Of a DNA stretch of 64,000 nt, positions 25,687 through 39,250 are shown in pieces. Position 1 is the first letter of the stretch. The number at the start of each line of letters is the position of its first letter. The position numbers and the translations under genes are program-made. This stretch comes from Stegostoma tigrinum (Eukaryota), in the NCBI RefSeq assembly GCF_030684315.1, contig NC_081363.1:82979678-83043677 (forward strand), given 5' to 3'. Below the pieces are notes generated by a model. The model ran no database searches, had not been told where the DNA came from, and saw only the letters and a list, made by a program, of their open reading frames with translations.

Positions 25687-27316
25687 CCTTCAAAAATCTA
25701 GAAAGAGAAGAGCAGTAGATATGTGGCAACACCACCATCTGCAAGTTCCTGTCCAAACCACTCATTATCCAGATTTGGAAATATGTCACTGTCTCTTCAG
25801 TGTTGTGGATCAAAATCCTGGAACCCCTTCCCTAATAATACTGGGAGTCTACCTACATTAAATGGACTGTAGCTGCTCAAGAAAGCAACTCACAACCAAC
25901 TTCTCAAGGGTAGCCAGGGATGGGCAATGAATGCTATCCCAGACAATGATATTCATATCACATAAATGATTTTAAAAGAAAAATATCCTCTTGCAAAATT
26001 CATGAACTGTACCAGGAAGGCCCTGTCCACTCCATTTCTTCCTTGACCACCATTCAAAACCCATGAAATGTGCCAAGAAAAATTGCTGTCTAAACTATAC
26101 CCTCATCAGTCACTGGATGTATTAAATTAACTCACAGATTACATTCTACCGTCCGCATTCTAGGGTTTATGCTGCACTGTTCAATTTCCATATTTTTCCC
26201 CCTCTTTCCTGTTCTGGGCTCCCGGGTGGGGTTGGGTGCAATCCAACAGGGCAAGGAGGGTTTCTAATTGTCAGGTCCAGCAGCAAATGGGATTTGATAT
26301 GCAGGAGGTTGCTTTGGGTACAGAAAGGGATTGGGTAGATAAGACCACAGAGAGGTCCAGTCATGTCCAAAAATGGGGTGGGGTGGGGTAGGCTGGGTAT
26401 CAGTTTGCTGGCTTCAGGGATGTTGCCACTATAATATTGTATCTGTGGCAGGATGGGAGATGGAGCAGGTGTCGGCTCCCAAAGTGGAGATCTCGCTGGA
26501 AAAGTGAGTCTCTGTTCAGTGGAATATCTGCTCCAGATATGTTTGAATGCACAAGGGAATAGGCAATTCCTTCAGAGTCTGGTTTAATAACATTCCACAG
26601 AGACAGCTTCCATCTATGCTGGTATCACAGTTTGGTTAGCGGAAGTTCAAAAGGTGGTTTGTTCATTAATGAGTGCTATTCAATCAATTACCTCAGTGCT
26701 TGCAAAGATGTGCTTGGCATTGAGTCAGGTATGTCTTTCAAGATTCTACTTCCAATGACTGCGTGACATAGAATATTATTTTGACAGTCTAAACATATAC
26801 AATTTCAAGTGTGTGTGTGTGTTTAAAGCTTCGTTCCACCGCAGTACATCCCAAATTAACCTTTGGTGTGGCTACATTTTAATAAGGTTAATGTGATCGC
26901 AAAATAGCAACATAAACAAAATTTGTGTTTATGAAAATAAAAACATTCAGCAAACATTTGTGTCTGCTGACCGTAGATCAACATTCAGTTCGCTATAAAA
27001 CAGCGCATTAGTGTGTAAAATGTGCTTTTATATCTTTTTAAAACAAAAATATTATTTTGTTCACTCACCAGTTCGTTATTTCATCTGAGTTTTTCCATCT
27101 GATGACCTGGTTTGGAAATAGTGATTATATTGTTAATCATCTTTGCACTCAACTTCACTGATATATAGCAACATTGTAGCAAGATTTTCTCAAGTTCATC
27201 CTGACATCATGGATTTGATTGTAAGATTAGTCAAATAAACATTTAATTTTCCATTGGATTTCAGTCATTCTGCCCACACAGAAACACAATACAATGTACC
27301 TCTCTTCATTCCAACC

Positions 27317-27868
27317 CACCCCGACACACAATGTAATCATCCTTTCCACCCAATACCAACCCCTCTAATACAGTCTCACACACATTCACTACAGTTAGTC
27401 CTAAAAGCGTATGTGAAAATTGGCAGCAGCATATCAAACCATGACAGAATAAAAGAGAAATATGCCCATGAGAAAATAGCAGCAATGCTGTCAGTGATAG
27501 TTGGTTCCCTTGTTTCTAAATCCGGCTGTATTCCAATCAATTTATTTACAACAATATTTAATAATGGAAAAGCTAAAGAAATTTGCTCGGACGACCTTGT
27601 TCTTGATCAGTCAATTAAGCACAATTTTTGCCTTCTGCACTAAAATATGAAGTAAGGATATTGGCAGCCAATGTGGGCTTCAAGTTAATGGTACTATAAT
27701 TCAGAGTACTGTTAACAACTAATTGAACTGATCGGGCCAAGGGTATATGTAATGATGCCTTGTTGGTCACAGGGTGGTTGGGGATGGAAGGATTATAAGT
27801 GGGATCACTTTGTTAATCACTCAGTTTTATCCTGGAAGCTAAATCCCGTTGGTTCCCTATGCCTGGTA
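27317..27868 (+). repeat. 552-bp direct duplication, copy 2 (probable donor)
   Basis: Same sequence as 25135-25686; the ORF track shows an identical peptide in both. Confidence 0.93.
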
Positions 27869-28199
27869 GCTTCCAAAATCTCAATTTATATTTGACAACT
27901 CAGAAGATTCTGATAAAATTGAGTAAAATAACTACTCAGGAAAATTTACATTATTGAACACTTAGTCTAACCCCAAAGTAATTTTTTAACAAACGCCATA
28001 CTTATTTCATGTGCACTCTAACTACACCACCCCCGGATTTCTTCTGTCCTCCAGAACACAAGGATGCAACCTTCATTCTAAGTTGTGCCCCCCCCCCCCC
28101 CCCCCCCAGCTCCGTCACTTGCCACTAGATTCAATCCCCACCAGACCTCCTCAAATACCTCCCTCACTGTTGCTGGACCCAAGACGAATTTGTGGTCAC

Positions 28200-30822
28200 C
28201 AGAATTGAATTCCCAGATCTGACAAAAGAAAAAGATGATGTAAGCCTAGAAATCAGGGAGGAAGGTAATGATAATGATATACTTGCACAAATTAGCATTG
28301 AGGGAGTCGAGGTATTAGTGGTTTTAGAGAATCTTGAATTGAAATTAAATCCTTCCAACGATGCTGTAGTGGGAAAGGAAACAAATTGCAGAGGCTCTGA
28401 TGTTAATTTCTAAATCCTGTCTGACTATTAGAGGAGCCCACAGTTTGGGAGGGTACCTAATGTGGAATTATTGCTCAGGAAGGTGGTAGGTATACACTAA
28501 GACATGGCAGATCTAATGTCTGTGAGAGGCAAGCTATAGAAACCAAAGTATCAGTGGCATGGCACGGTAGCTCAGTGGTTAACACTGCTGTTTCACAGCG
28601 CCAGGGACCTGGGTTTGGTTCCACCCTCGGGCAACTCTCTGTGTGGAGTGTGGATGTTCTCCCAATGTCTGTGTGGGTTTCCTCTGGGTGCTCTGGTTTC
28701 CTCCCACAGTCCGACGAAGTGCAGGTTAGGTAGATTGGGTATGCTAAATCACCTGTAATGTTCAGGGTGTGTAAATTTGATCGATTAGCTGTAGGAAATG
28801 TAGGATTATGCTGAAGGTATGGGGGATGGGTCTGAGTGGGATGCTCTTCAGAGTGGCAGTGTGGAGTTTTTGGGCCAATGGGTCGGTTTCCATACTGTAG
28901 TGGATTCTATGAATTGACCACCACTTACAAAGGCAAGGGTAGTCATCATGGCTTTAAAAGGGGGAGATCTCGACTAACAGACATAATTGAATGTTTTGAG
29001 GTGATGACTAGGTGTGTAGATGAAGTTAGTGCGGTTGTCGTAGCCTACATTGATTTCAGTCACACTTTTAACAAGATTTGGCATTGTACACTAGTTAAGC
29101 AGCTAAGACCCGAGGGGGTCCAGTCAAATTTACCAATCTGGATCCAAAATTGGCTTAGTGGTCAGAAACAGAGAGAGATGGCCGAAGAGTTTTTTTATAA
29201 GTAGAGAGATGGAAAAGTGAGATGTGAAGAGACAGAAAGAGCTTACAAATGGATATCACAAATTGACCACAATGTGTGAAAATGTGAAATGGTCCATTTT
29301 GGACAAAAAAAATTCTAAATGGTGCGAAGGTCTGCAGCTGTGACATACAGCGTGTTCGAGGTATCCCAGTACATGAATAACAAGGTTTATTATTCAGGTA
29401 GCAGCAAGTAATCAGGAAAGCAACTAGTAACTTATGATTTATTGTAAGAGAAATTGAATGCAAGAGCAGGGAGATTATAATTCTGTTATACAAGGCATTG
29501 GTGAGACTGCATCTGAGTACAGTGTACATAATTAATCACTTAGTGTACAGTACACTGTACTGATGTTAATGCAAATAAAGCAGTTCAGAGAATAGGACGT
29601 TACAGAGTACAAAGGATCACATGGACTTGATGTGCCTGCTATTGGATTCCTTGAAGGCAGCAGGATAAATAAATAATGTGATTAAGAAGGTATATGGGAT
29701 ATTTGGTTTTATTAATCAATGCATTGAAAACAATAGGAAATAGATGGCATAAAATGTAAGTTCGGTTGCAGCAGGAATACAGAGTGCCATTTTGGTTATC
29801 TTTCGATAGGAAGGATGAAATTGCACTTGTTTTTATTATTATTCACTCATGGGATGTGAGCATTGCTGGCTGACCAACATTAGATGCCCATCCCTAGCTG
29901 CCTTTGAACGGATTGTCTTGCTAGGTCTTTTCAGAAGAGAATTGAGAATGGATTTGTACATGTTTAGGAAAGATTTAGTGGTATATGGACCAAATGCAGG
30001 CAAGTAGAACTAATTTAGTTTGGGAAACTTGGTGCCTATGGAGGGGTGGAGCCAAAGTGTCTGTTTCTGTGTTGTATGACTCTATAACCACATTGCTGTG
30101 GGCCTGGAGTCACATGGAGGCAATATCGAGTGAGGATAGCAGATTTTCTTCCTGAGGGCCATTCGTTTTTATGACAATCCACAATGGTTTCATGGTCATC
30201 ATTGGATTCTTAATTGCAGATTTTTTTGGATTCATTGAATTCAAATTCTACCACCTGCCACAGTGGGATTCAAATTCTGGTCCTCAGAACATTAGCTATG
30301 TTTCAGGATTAAGAATCAACTGATAATATCACAAAGCCATGGCCTCTCCCCAGGGGGATTCATCATGATGTTGTCTGGACTGGAGTAATTCACCAGTGAA
30401 GAGAGACTAAGTAAGTTTTGGGGTTGTTTTTCTTACAGACAAGAAGTTAGGAGGGGATGGATCTGATTGAGGTGCAGGCAAGGTAGAGAAGGAGAAATTT
30501 TCTCACTTAGTAGTGAGGTGAATGATTGGGGACACCATTTTTAAACAGAGAAGAAGAACATTTTGATTTGATTGTTTTTATTTGATTTGAGTGAACTCTT
30601 TTTGCTTCTGCGAGTCGTCAGTATCTGTAAGCTACTGCCTGAAAATATGATAGAGGCAGGAACTCTCAAAATATTTAAGATACATTTAGATCAGCTCTTG
30701 AGACGTCACTGCATATAGGGCTACCAACCAATTTCTACAAAATGGAATTAAAATAGATGGATACTTAATGGACATAATGGGCTGAAGGGCCTCTTTCTGT
30801 GCTGTCAAAATTCCATGACTTT
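28200..30822 (+). mobile_element. CR1 LINE fragments with nested SINEs
   Basis: HGFKRGRSRLTDIIECFEVMTRCVDEVSAVVVAYIDFSHTFNKIWH...WIQNWLSGQKQR (ORF 28836-29204); LYKALVRLHL; 3' tail gggctgaagggcctctttctgtgctgt. Confidence 0.8.
28556..28912 (+). mobile_element. HE1-type (V-SINE) tRNA-derived SINE nested in CR1
   Basis: A box ggtagctcagtgg, B-box-like ctgggtttggttcc, V-domain gggtttcctctgggtgctctggtttcctcccacagtcc, CR1-like tail. Confidence 0.88.
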
Positions 30823-32469
30823 ATGGCTGTATATCACCTATACTTCCCACATCCTAACCCAACCTCCTGCTATTGCACTCGATTTTTGATACTCACTCAA
30901 AACCTCTAAAACATTCTGAGTTACTTTACCAATTTATTAACCTTGTACTCTTAGCAACCTGGCTTCTTCTTACTTTGCATGTGACCCACCTGGCACACTG
31001 CTCACACCCAGCTGGCACTATATCCAGCTGTCAACTTATCTCGCACCCAATATAGCTGGTATCCTATTCCCTCCACATTTATCTCAGGCAGATGATACCT
31101 TACTTTCCTGGCATTTTACCCCCTGCACATCTGACACTTTAGCCTCTCAACATGCTAACATCGCACTTACCATATGTACTAACAGTTTGACAGCAGCTGT
31201 CAGAATGTTTACATTTCACAAAATGGCAACAAAAGCTTTGATACAGCGTTTGTGAACTTTGTGAAATACCATGATTTGTGCTCACTGAAATTGCCATTTT
31301 TCTGCAGGACTTGGATATTCAGTAGACTGAAGGTCAGGTTATAGTGTTTTGCACCTTCACACTATGTGAATCGTTTTGTAGTATTTTGCACACAAATAAA
31401 CATCGAGCTCAGTGTATACCATCTACAAGAAAGACCCAGTAGCGCGTCAAACTTCCTTCCGGAGCACATATTGTGGACAAGTGTTATACAGAGATCGCGC
31501 TGTTATACCCCCCGTAGCAAATATATTTACATTCTTCTCAGTTCCGTTATGCAGGGTGCTACGTAGAGGTCCAACTTCGCAAAGTAGCTCTTAACTCCGC
31601 TCGAGCGTAATTTTCGTTCAGGTTTAGGTTTCTTGTTGGCCAAATTGGCCAGATTGACTGTGTCCACTACAGCTCGAAGTCACGTTGTGAAGCACCCAGA
31701 ATTTTCGGGAAGTTGGCCGCTCTAGTCTGTCTTGTGAGCTGCGCTCATTCTCTCTCAAAAATAAGAAATCCTTAGGTGTGCATGGAGAGCAGAGCAAAAC
31801 AATCGCCTTGCCCACCTAAAGTTATTCTATCATTCTATTCCTATATGTTGATGTTTGCAATATAAATCAGTTGAAAGTTAGTGGGCGCCTTTTTTCTCTC
31901 TATGTTATGCAGTTTGATCCTGCGGTAGGTAATTCTTAGAGACATATAGATACTCTTTTATGAATAAAGCAGCATTTATTATTTTTTGCGAGCCATTACC
32001 GATTTCCTCAACTTAATGGAAGCACGTACTTCAGAGAACCAGTTCACTGCTTAATTGTATCTATGCACCCATTCGTCAACTCAATCGTCAGCAACAGATC
32101 AATAAACTGCACTTTTTAAATGACAAGACATAGCATTGCCAAGTTAAATCACCCAAGTTCATTCGACATTGCAACACCTTATCAAATCGAATCAGATTTA
32201 TGTAGCCCCATTTTTGCCACAGTACCTAGAAGAAATTATGCTGATTTCCACCTCGCAGGACAGTAAATACGTAGGAAAATTAGCTTTCACAGCCTATACT
32301 TGGAAAACCAATTAAGTAACTGGAGAATGTAACGTAGAAGTGAACGGCATCATTAGCAGGCGATTGCAGAGTTTACATAGAATGCAAGTAGACGAGTGTG
32401 TACAGTTTGCAATATGATACCGGTTAATTCTATGCTACCCTCTTTACACAACTGAAACAGTTAGTTAGC

Positions 32470-32825
32470 CCAAGGATCCGACACTTGTGTACCAAAGATA
32501 ATCTTTTATGGAGTGCTCGAGTTGGGATGCGCTCTCATGACCATCAAAGAAAAGCTATCAAGACATTCTGAAAGCTTCGTCTAGATGTTGTGGTATTAAC
32601 TTCGAATCCTGGAAGAAGATCGCTGCACCTGCCCTAACTAAATTGGAAAGTGTGCAGCCTCTTTTGAAAGTAAGTGCATTATCAAGGAGCAGAGAGACAT
32701 TGTAAGGAAAAGAAATTGAAAACTAGCAACTGGTCTTAAACTGCGTTCTCCGTGTCCCCCTGTCCTATTTACAACAGAAACTTACAGTTGCAAATCGATC
32801 TTATTTACCACCGAACCCCTGTCAA
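32470..32825 (+). mobile_element. RTE (BovB-like) LINE 3' fragment
   Basis: Frameshifted PKIIFYGVLELG...QRK...DILKASSRCCGINFESWKKIAA, typical of the RTE ORF C-terminus. Confidence 0.6.
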
Positions 32826-33378
32826 ACACTCCAAAAAGGTGAAAATGGTCATCGCCATATTCCTGACTGACCAAGAATAGCAGTTTGCTGCCACTGAGAT
32901 GAAGTAAAACTATACTTCCTTTAACTTGGTTTTGTACATTTCTTTCCAAATGGTTTTAGAGTTATGCAAACACAAATAACATCTATTTCACTTGCGATTT
33001 AGCATAGAAACATAGGGTTTAAATTGACAAAGCTATAAGCAATTTCTTAAACACTTAAATTTGTGAATCACTTCAATATTTGCTAATTTGATTAGTCAGC
33101 CTCGAGCAATGTATGCATACTAATTAAATTTAGATATTCAGAAAAGTTAATATGTTTCTCGATCCTCTTGATCTGTTTGTCACATTCATAAGATCTACAA
33201 CTTGCTTAAGAAAGCAGTCTCAATAATTAGTTACCGTTATTCTTAAAGGACAGGAACTGACGTGACGGAAGGTTGAACCTGTCTGGTTTCATTCGACACT
33301 GTCTAGAGCGTTTAAAATTCAAACCTTCCTTTGAATGACTAAATTGCGTTTTAAAACATGTAGCCATGTCTTGATTGA

Positions 33379-33384
33379 TTTATT
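33379..33384 (-). terminator. Candidate polyadenylation signal AATAAA of paralog B
   Basis: TTTATT on the + strand, about 40 nt past the stop codon. Confidence 0.4.
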
Positions 33385-33424
33385 ACACGTTACTACTGCT
33401 AACGGTAGCAATGTGGAGCTCCTC

Positions 33425-33828
33425 CTATTTCTTACAGTCGACAGAATCAAGTTTGGTCAATTTGTAGACAGCTATGTATTTAGTCTCTAATCTGTCCACA
33501 ACCTGGCAATTAAAATAGCCAGGCAGAGTCACTTCATGGAAAGAAAGAGATCCATTCCCATTTCGGAATTCGGAAGCCAGGTAAATCGTTGTCCGTTGGC
33601 TGCAGAGATGCCTCAGTGTATCTACAAGTGCAGTGTAAGAAGATGAAGAATAGACAATATCCGAACCCAAGACGACATCGTAGTCAGTATTAAAGTTATT
33701 TTGATCTTCACCCCAGGTCAGTGCACAGACTTTCAAACGGTGCCTGCAGGCAAAAGGGACGTTAATTGAGATGTTGTTGTTTATTTGCCTCAGAATTGCT
33801 GGTTGGTCTGTCATGGTAACGTTTCCAC
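33425..33828 (-). CDS. EEF1AKMT3: Paralog B, coding exon 3 (404 bp, ends TAG); spliced CDS 687 nt = 228 aa
   Basis: ttttgttctcag acceptor; GNVTMTDQP (post-I), LTWGED, YDVVLGSDIVY (motif II plus DxxY), LRHLC...TIYLAS. Frame is continuous with exons 1-2. Confidence 0.93.
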
Positions 33829-34454
33829 CTGAGAACAAAAACATACAAGGATGTTTTATTCATGATTTGCACTTGATTTCATTTTGATCCCGTATGAGAT
33901 TCACCGAACCAAAACATAACCACCTTCAACGAATAAAACACGTCTGGGAGAGGGTATCATCCCATAAGACCAAGCTTTTTGACCCACTTTTAAACTGATC
34001 CTCTGACAAGCTCCCCAAAAGTTAGTGACATCAGTATCATAAAAGCAATCACCATGAGGCATAAATAATGCTAGCTATCAGATATCCAGAAGTGAGATAG
34101 ATTTAAAACAAACATTTTAACGACACATTTGCTTATAAGTATTTAAGGGCATGGTGATAGAGGGGGAAATTCCTACACTAGACTGTTTCAAAATTAATAC
34201 CATGACGTTTTCAATATGTCGGTTTTAAATTTGACAAGGAGTTGGGACAAGATGAAATACATCAAAAGGTACGAAAGAAGTGAGTGAAAATTTTGGAGTC
34301 TTCCTGAGACTCACGGGAGGTACCATTTGTTCTGGGAAATTGCAAATAAAAAGAGTGCAAAAATAAGCAAAGTAACTACAGGTCAGTCGGTTTAACTTCT
34401 AGATTGAGAAAATGTCTAGAAACAATACAATGAGATACGATTAGCGAGTTTGAT

Positions 34455-35850
34455 TTGAGATTGATTTATTTTTGTCACATGCTGAAATAGAGTGTAAAGT
34501 GTTGTTTTGAGTGCTGTACAAGCAGATCATGCCGTACAAAGTGCATCAGGGTAGCAGAAGAGACTGTAGAGTACAGTGTTACAGCCGCAGAGAAGGTGCA
34601 GAGAGAGAGATCAACACCAACATTTGAGGTGTCCATTCAATCAACTGACAACCGGAGGGAAGAAGCTGTTCTTAAATCTGTTCATACGTATATTCAAACT
34701 GTTACATCTTTCACCCAAAGGAAGAGAGTGGGAGAGAGCATTTCCAGGATGGGAGAGGTCTTTGATTATGTTGGCTGGTTTTCAAAGGTAGCAAGAAGTG
34801 TAGATGGAATCAATGGATGGAAGGCTGGGTTAAGTGATGAACTGGACTTTAATCACGACTCTGTAGTTACTTGCAATCTTAGAAAGAGCAGTTGCCATAT
34901 AATGCAGTGATGCATGCAGAAAGGAGGCTGTCTATGGTGCATCTATAAAAATTGGTACGAGTTTTTGTAGACATGTCGAATTTCCTTAATCTCCAGAGGA
35001 GGTAGAGGCTGATTGTGCTTTCTTGACCATTGCATAAAGGTGGATGAACCAGGACAGATTGTTGGTGACCATCACTTCCAGGAATTTAATGCTCTCGACC
35101 ATTGCCACCTCAGGGCCATTGATGCAGATAGTGGCATGCACTCCACACTGATTCCTGAATTCAATGACCAGCACCTTTCCTGTGCTGACATTTTCATACC
35201 ATGCCACTATGCACTCAATATCTTTCCTGTACTCTGCCTTGTCATTGTTTGAGATCTGACCTAGAACGGTGATGTCATCAGCAAACTTGTAAAGGGAATT
35301 AGGGTGTAATTTAGCCAAACAGTCACGAGTGTATACGGCGTATAATAGCAGGCTGAGAATGGAGCCATGCAAAGCACTAGTGTTGAGGATTATCATAGAG
35401 GAGGTGCCATTGAGTATTATAACTGATTGCAGTCTATGGGCAAGGAAATTAAGGATCTAGTTACAGAGTCTCAGGATTTGGGGATAAGTTTGTTTGGAAT
35501 TCTGTTGTTGAGGGCAAAGCTATAGTCAATGAGTAGAAGCTGACATAGGTAGCCTTATTATCTAGATGTTCCATGTCTAGGACCAGAGAGAGATGGCATC
35601 TGCCATGGACCTGTTAGAATGTCAGGAGAATTACACAGCGTCTAGGCAAACTTGCACGCTAGAGTTGATGTGAACCATGACTAATCTCTTGAAGCACTTC
35701 ATAATTATGGAGATCAGTAACACTGGGCAGTAGTCAGTGAGGCATGCTGAATGATTTTTCTTTGGCACTAGGATAATGGTGGTCTTTGTAAGTCAGGTGG
35801 ATACTTCAGAGTGTAACAAGGAGAGGTTAAAGATGTTAGCAAATGTTGAT
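34455..35850 (-). mobile_element. Rex1/Babar-type LINE 3' portion (decayed RT) in intron 2 of paralog B
   Basis: ORF 34986-35396: GSILSLLLYAVYTRDC...KFADDITVLGQISNNDKAEYRKDIE...FLEV..TNNLSW. Confidence 0.85.
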
Positions 35851-36129
35851 AGAAGCCAGTCCAATAATACTCATGTAGATAAATCTGGACTAATTAAAGA
35901 GGGGCAAAATGGAATTATTAAAGGAAATTGTGATTAACTAAATTGTTTGACCTTTCTGAGGAGGAAAAAGAAAGGGTTGATAAGGGTAATGCTGGCAATT
36001 GAGTGTACATTAACTTCAAAAGTAGTTTGATACAGTGGGATACACGCAGTAATACCTGTAAACAGAAGCTGAAGTGTAGAATGGAAGCAATAATAGGAAT
36101 GGGGATACAATATAGACTGAATGATTGGA

Positions 36130-37560
36130 AATATTCCTGCAATTTGGCTAAAGACTTGTGCTGCAGAACCTGCCACCAACTACAACCACCTCTCCCCCTC
36201 CCCCAACCAAGCAGTTCCAGTACAGCTGCATCATTAACATCTGCTTGACAATATGCAAAAATGCCCAGTAATGTCTTGTGCCCAAAAAAAATGCAGCATA
36301 TGTCCAACCAATAATAGTCACTCCATCGTTCTAATTTCGATCATCAGTAAAGCAATAACCTGCTCACCGTCGCTAAACTTGAAGTCTGTTAAGGCTACTC
36401 AGTTCCCAACCTCTTTGCAGCCTTTGTTCAATCATGGACAAAACAGCTGAATTCCAGAAGTGAGTGCACATAATTTCTCTTGATATTAAAGCATGAAATA
36501 ATGAGAAGTGGCATCAAGTAGCCCTGGAAAAAAAGTGGAGTCAATAGGATATAGAGGGAAGTCTCTCTCCTGTTTTGAGTCATACCTGGTGCAACGGAAG
36601 ATGGTTATGTTTGTTGGAGGACCACTACCTCAGTTCTAGGACATCTGGCAAAAGTTCCTCAAGATTAAGCCCTCGGCCCAAACATCTTCAGCTGTTTGAT
36701 AAATGACATTTCCTCCATCATTAGATCAGAACTAGGGATGGCCAATAACGATTGCACAATATTCAGCACCATTCGTGGCCCTGCAAATACTGAAGCAGTC
36801 CATGTCCAACATGAGCAAAACTTGGATATTTAAACCATGCAAATGTCAGTGGATGACAATTTCCAACAAGAGAGAATCTAACCATTGCCCCTTTACATTC
36901 AATTACATTGCAAAATCTGAATCCCCCACTATCAACATCCTGAAGAACACCATTGACCAGAAAAATAATTGGATTAGCTATTAGATTACAGTAGGTACAA
37001 GAGCTGGTATCTTGCAGTGAACAAATAACCTTATTCGAAAAAGCCTGTACTCCACCTCTGATACACAAGTTTGTAATTTGATGGAGTTCTCCCAACTTGC
37101 TTGGATAAATACAGTCCGAACAATACGCAAGAAGCTTGACACCATACTCCATTAAAAAAACGTGCTTGAGTAGAGCTATATCTTCAGATAACGACTCCCT
37201 CCGACATTTAGCAGCAGTATTGAGTTTGCAAGATCACTGCAGAAGTTCACCAAAGCCCTTTTGACTTCATTATAGGCTGCACCTTTCCTAGCCATCACCA
37301 CTTCTTGCATTAAATACCTGGGAAAACCACTACCTACAAGTTCTTTCCACACTCCTCACAATCCAATTTGAAATATTTTGCCATTGCTTTGGTGTTGCTA
37401 GGTCAAAATTCTGGAATTCCCTTCCTAATATAAATATGGATCCAGCTAAAATAGACTGCAGTAGATCCAGAAGGATGATTACTATCACCATCTCCAGGGT
37501 GATAAACGATGGACAATAAGTAACAGCCCAACCAAAGGGTGGATGCATTCCATGAATGAG
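36130..37560 (+). mobile_element. Decayed LINE of the same family as 23040-25965
   Basis: Shared segments (ctgaagcagtccatgtccaa, aagaagcttgacaccat, 3' UTR). Further copies at ~3400-4330 (-) and ~63200-63560 (+). Confidence 0.72.
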
Positions 37561-37619
37561 TAGACAAAAAAAACACAAGTTCACATTCTGAAATCCCAAA
37601 TGACAATTAATTAAGTGCC

Positions 37620-37920
37620 AGTGTAAGTCTTCATTAGATTTATCATAATCATATTCTGGATTATCCGTACACTGGATAACTGCTCAATTGTAGAATCTCA
37701 TCTCACATTGTCCTTTGCAAGCTTGAGCTCATTGAAAAATATCAGTATCAGATAACGACTCCCTCCGACATTTAGCAGCAGTATTGAGTCATAAATGGCT
37801 AAATTGGTATGGTGATTGATATGATCAACGAGTCTTTGGGATGTGTGACCTATATACCCGGCAGCAGTATTAATGGGGATGTTCTCCATCTTAACACATC
37901 TGCTAAGTAGAGTCAACTTG
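37620..37920 (-). mobile_element. Ancient GIY-YIG PLE remnant of another lineage
   Basis: YIGHTSQRLVDHINHH in ORF 37698-37916. A related remnant VWYEFYCQFD lies near 7468-7500 (+). Confidence 0.45.
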
Positions 37921-38109
37921 CCAGCAAGTCAGCACTCTCCTTTCATGCAGTTGGTTTTGACCTGTATTTTGTATTCAATGTCCAGTTGTGTGCAAAACAA
38001 AAACATTGAATAAAATGTTTTTATTTGTCTTTCAGCAATTCCCAAATATTTAGTTGGAGGAACTTTCCGCTCATGCAGTAAATCAATGTTCTTTTTCCAA
38101 AAAACATCC

Positions 38110-39250
38110 AAATAATTATGCACCAACAGAGGAGCCAAGAGAGTGGTGGTAAGGTGCAGCTGGGTGTCATCAGCATGCTGCAAGTTAATGCTGTATTTTG
38201 GGGAATGTCAGCAAGGCTGTATGTCAATAGAAAATAGAAGGAACTGGTAGACCCTCGGGGGCACTACGGTAAATGTTGCTGGACCTGGAAGAAAACTCAT
38301 TGTAAATGATAAATGAAATGAAAATATTGTATATGCTACAAATCTGAAATCAAAACAGGCTCAGCTTGAGAAACCAACCAGCTCAAGGATTTTGTGCAGT
38401 TGAAAGGGGGCAGAAACATAAGTTCTGGAAAATGTTAAAGGGTGATTAGAGGTTAAGATTGTAGAATAAAAGGCAAAGGGAGTGGGAATTGTTGGAGAGG
38501 AAGCAAGGATTAGATCCATTGTAGGCGCCAATAACAGAATAAAATCCAGACTTTTTCTGCCTGTCTCCAGTTCCAAAGTATGGTCAAGACTTTCATAACA
38601 CATTATTGTAACATGTACACTGCCTACCATATGACAGTTAAGAATCAAACTAGGTAAGAGCATGGCAGTTGGAATGGTCATGTGTATTCAGTGCTGAAAA
38701 ACAAGGAAGGATATTTTACATTTTCTGCAGCCAGTAGTTTGTTGCTTGGTCAGAACCATTTTGGTAACTGACAACAGCGAACAACTTGATAGGAGGAATT
38801 CAAACATGGAAGTCTTGAAAGAAAGGCATGAATTAGGGAGACAAAAACAAGATACCAAATGTTTGGAGAAAAAAGGGAAATTGGCAATGGGTGAGTGTAT
38901 ATTTCTGGGGCGGGGAAGAGAGATGAGGTTAACAGATGTAAAAGAGTAGAGAAATGTACTAGCATCATCCTCTAACATGGGAAATGCTGAGTGAGTTTTG
39001 ATGATAAGCAGTTTAATGGGAAATAATGTCGAGCGAGCAAGAGGTAGGTCTCCTCACAAGCGAAACTGGGAGACGAAATTACTGTAAATAGGAAAGGAAC
39101 TTAAGACCTCAATTCTTGGGAAGGGGCATCATTAGAGGAGGTTTAACTTAGTAGGCCCATAGACAAGAAGGACATGGCAGAGGCAGCCAGTGGGTATTGA
39201 TCTCTGTGGCAAATAAAGCCTTAAATTCCTGGCACAACTTGTTATAAATG
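38110..39250 (-). mobile_element. Decayed L2 LINE
   Basis: HADDTQLHLTTT (cf. YADDTQLY) at 38183-38145 and purine-rich antisense L2 ORF2 remnants. Confidence 0.6.

Larger units (their letters stand above)
23040..25965 (+). mobile_element. Decayed CR1/L2-group LINE, interrupted by a SINE and a 552-bp insertion
   Basis: RT motif remnants tggaaaattgca (WKIA), aacccggccagttaccagcccatc (NPASYQPI), gcccttgacatcaaa (ALDIK), QIRSMMECSPLDWM...LKKLDTI, and 3' UTR. Confidence 0.75.

Noticed and set aside
28556-28640. tRNA-like A/B boxes as a tRNA gene
   Set aside because: Continues directly into the V-SINE body; it is a SINE head, not a cloverleaf tRNA.
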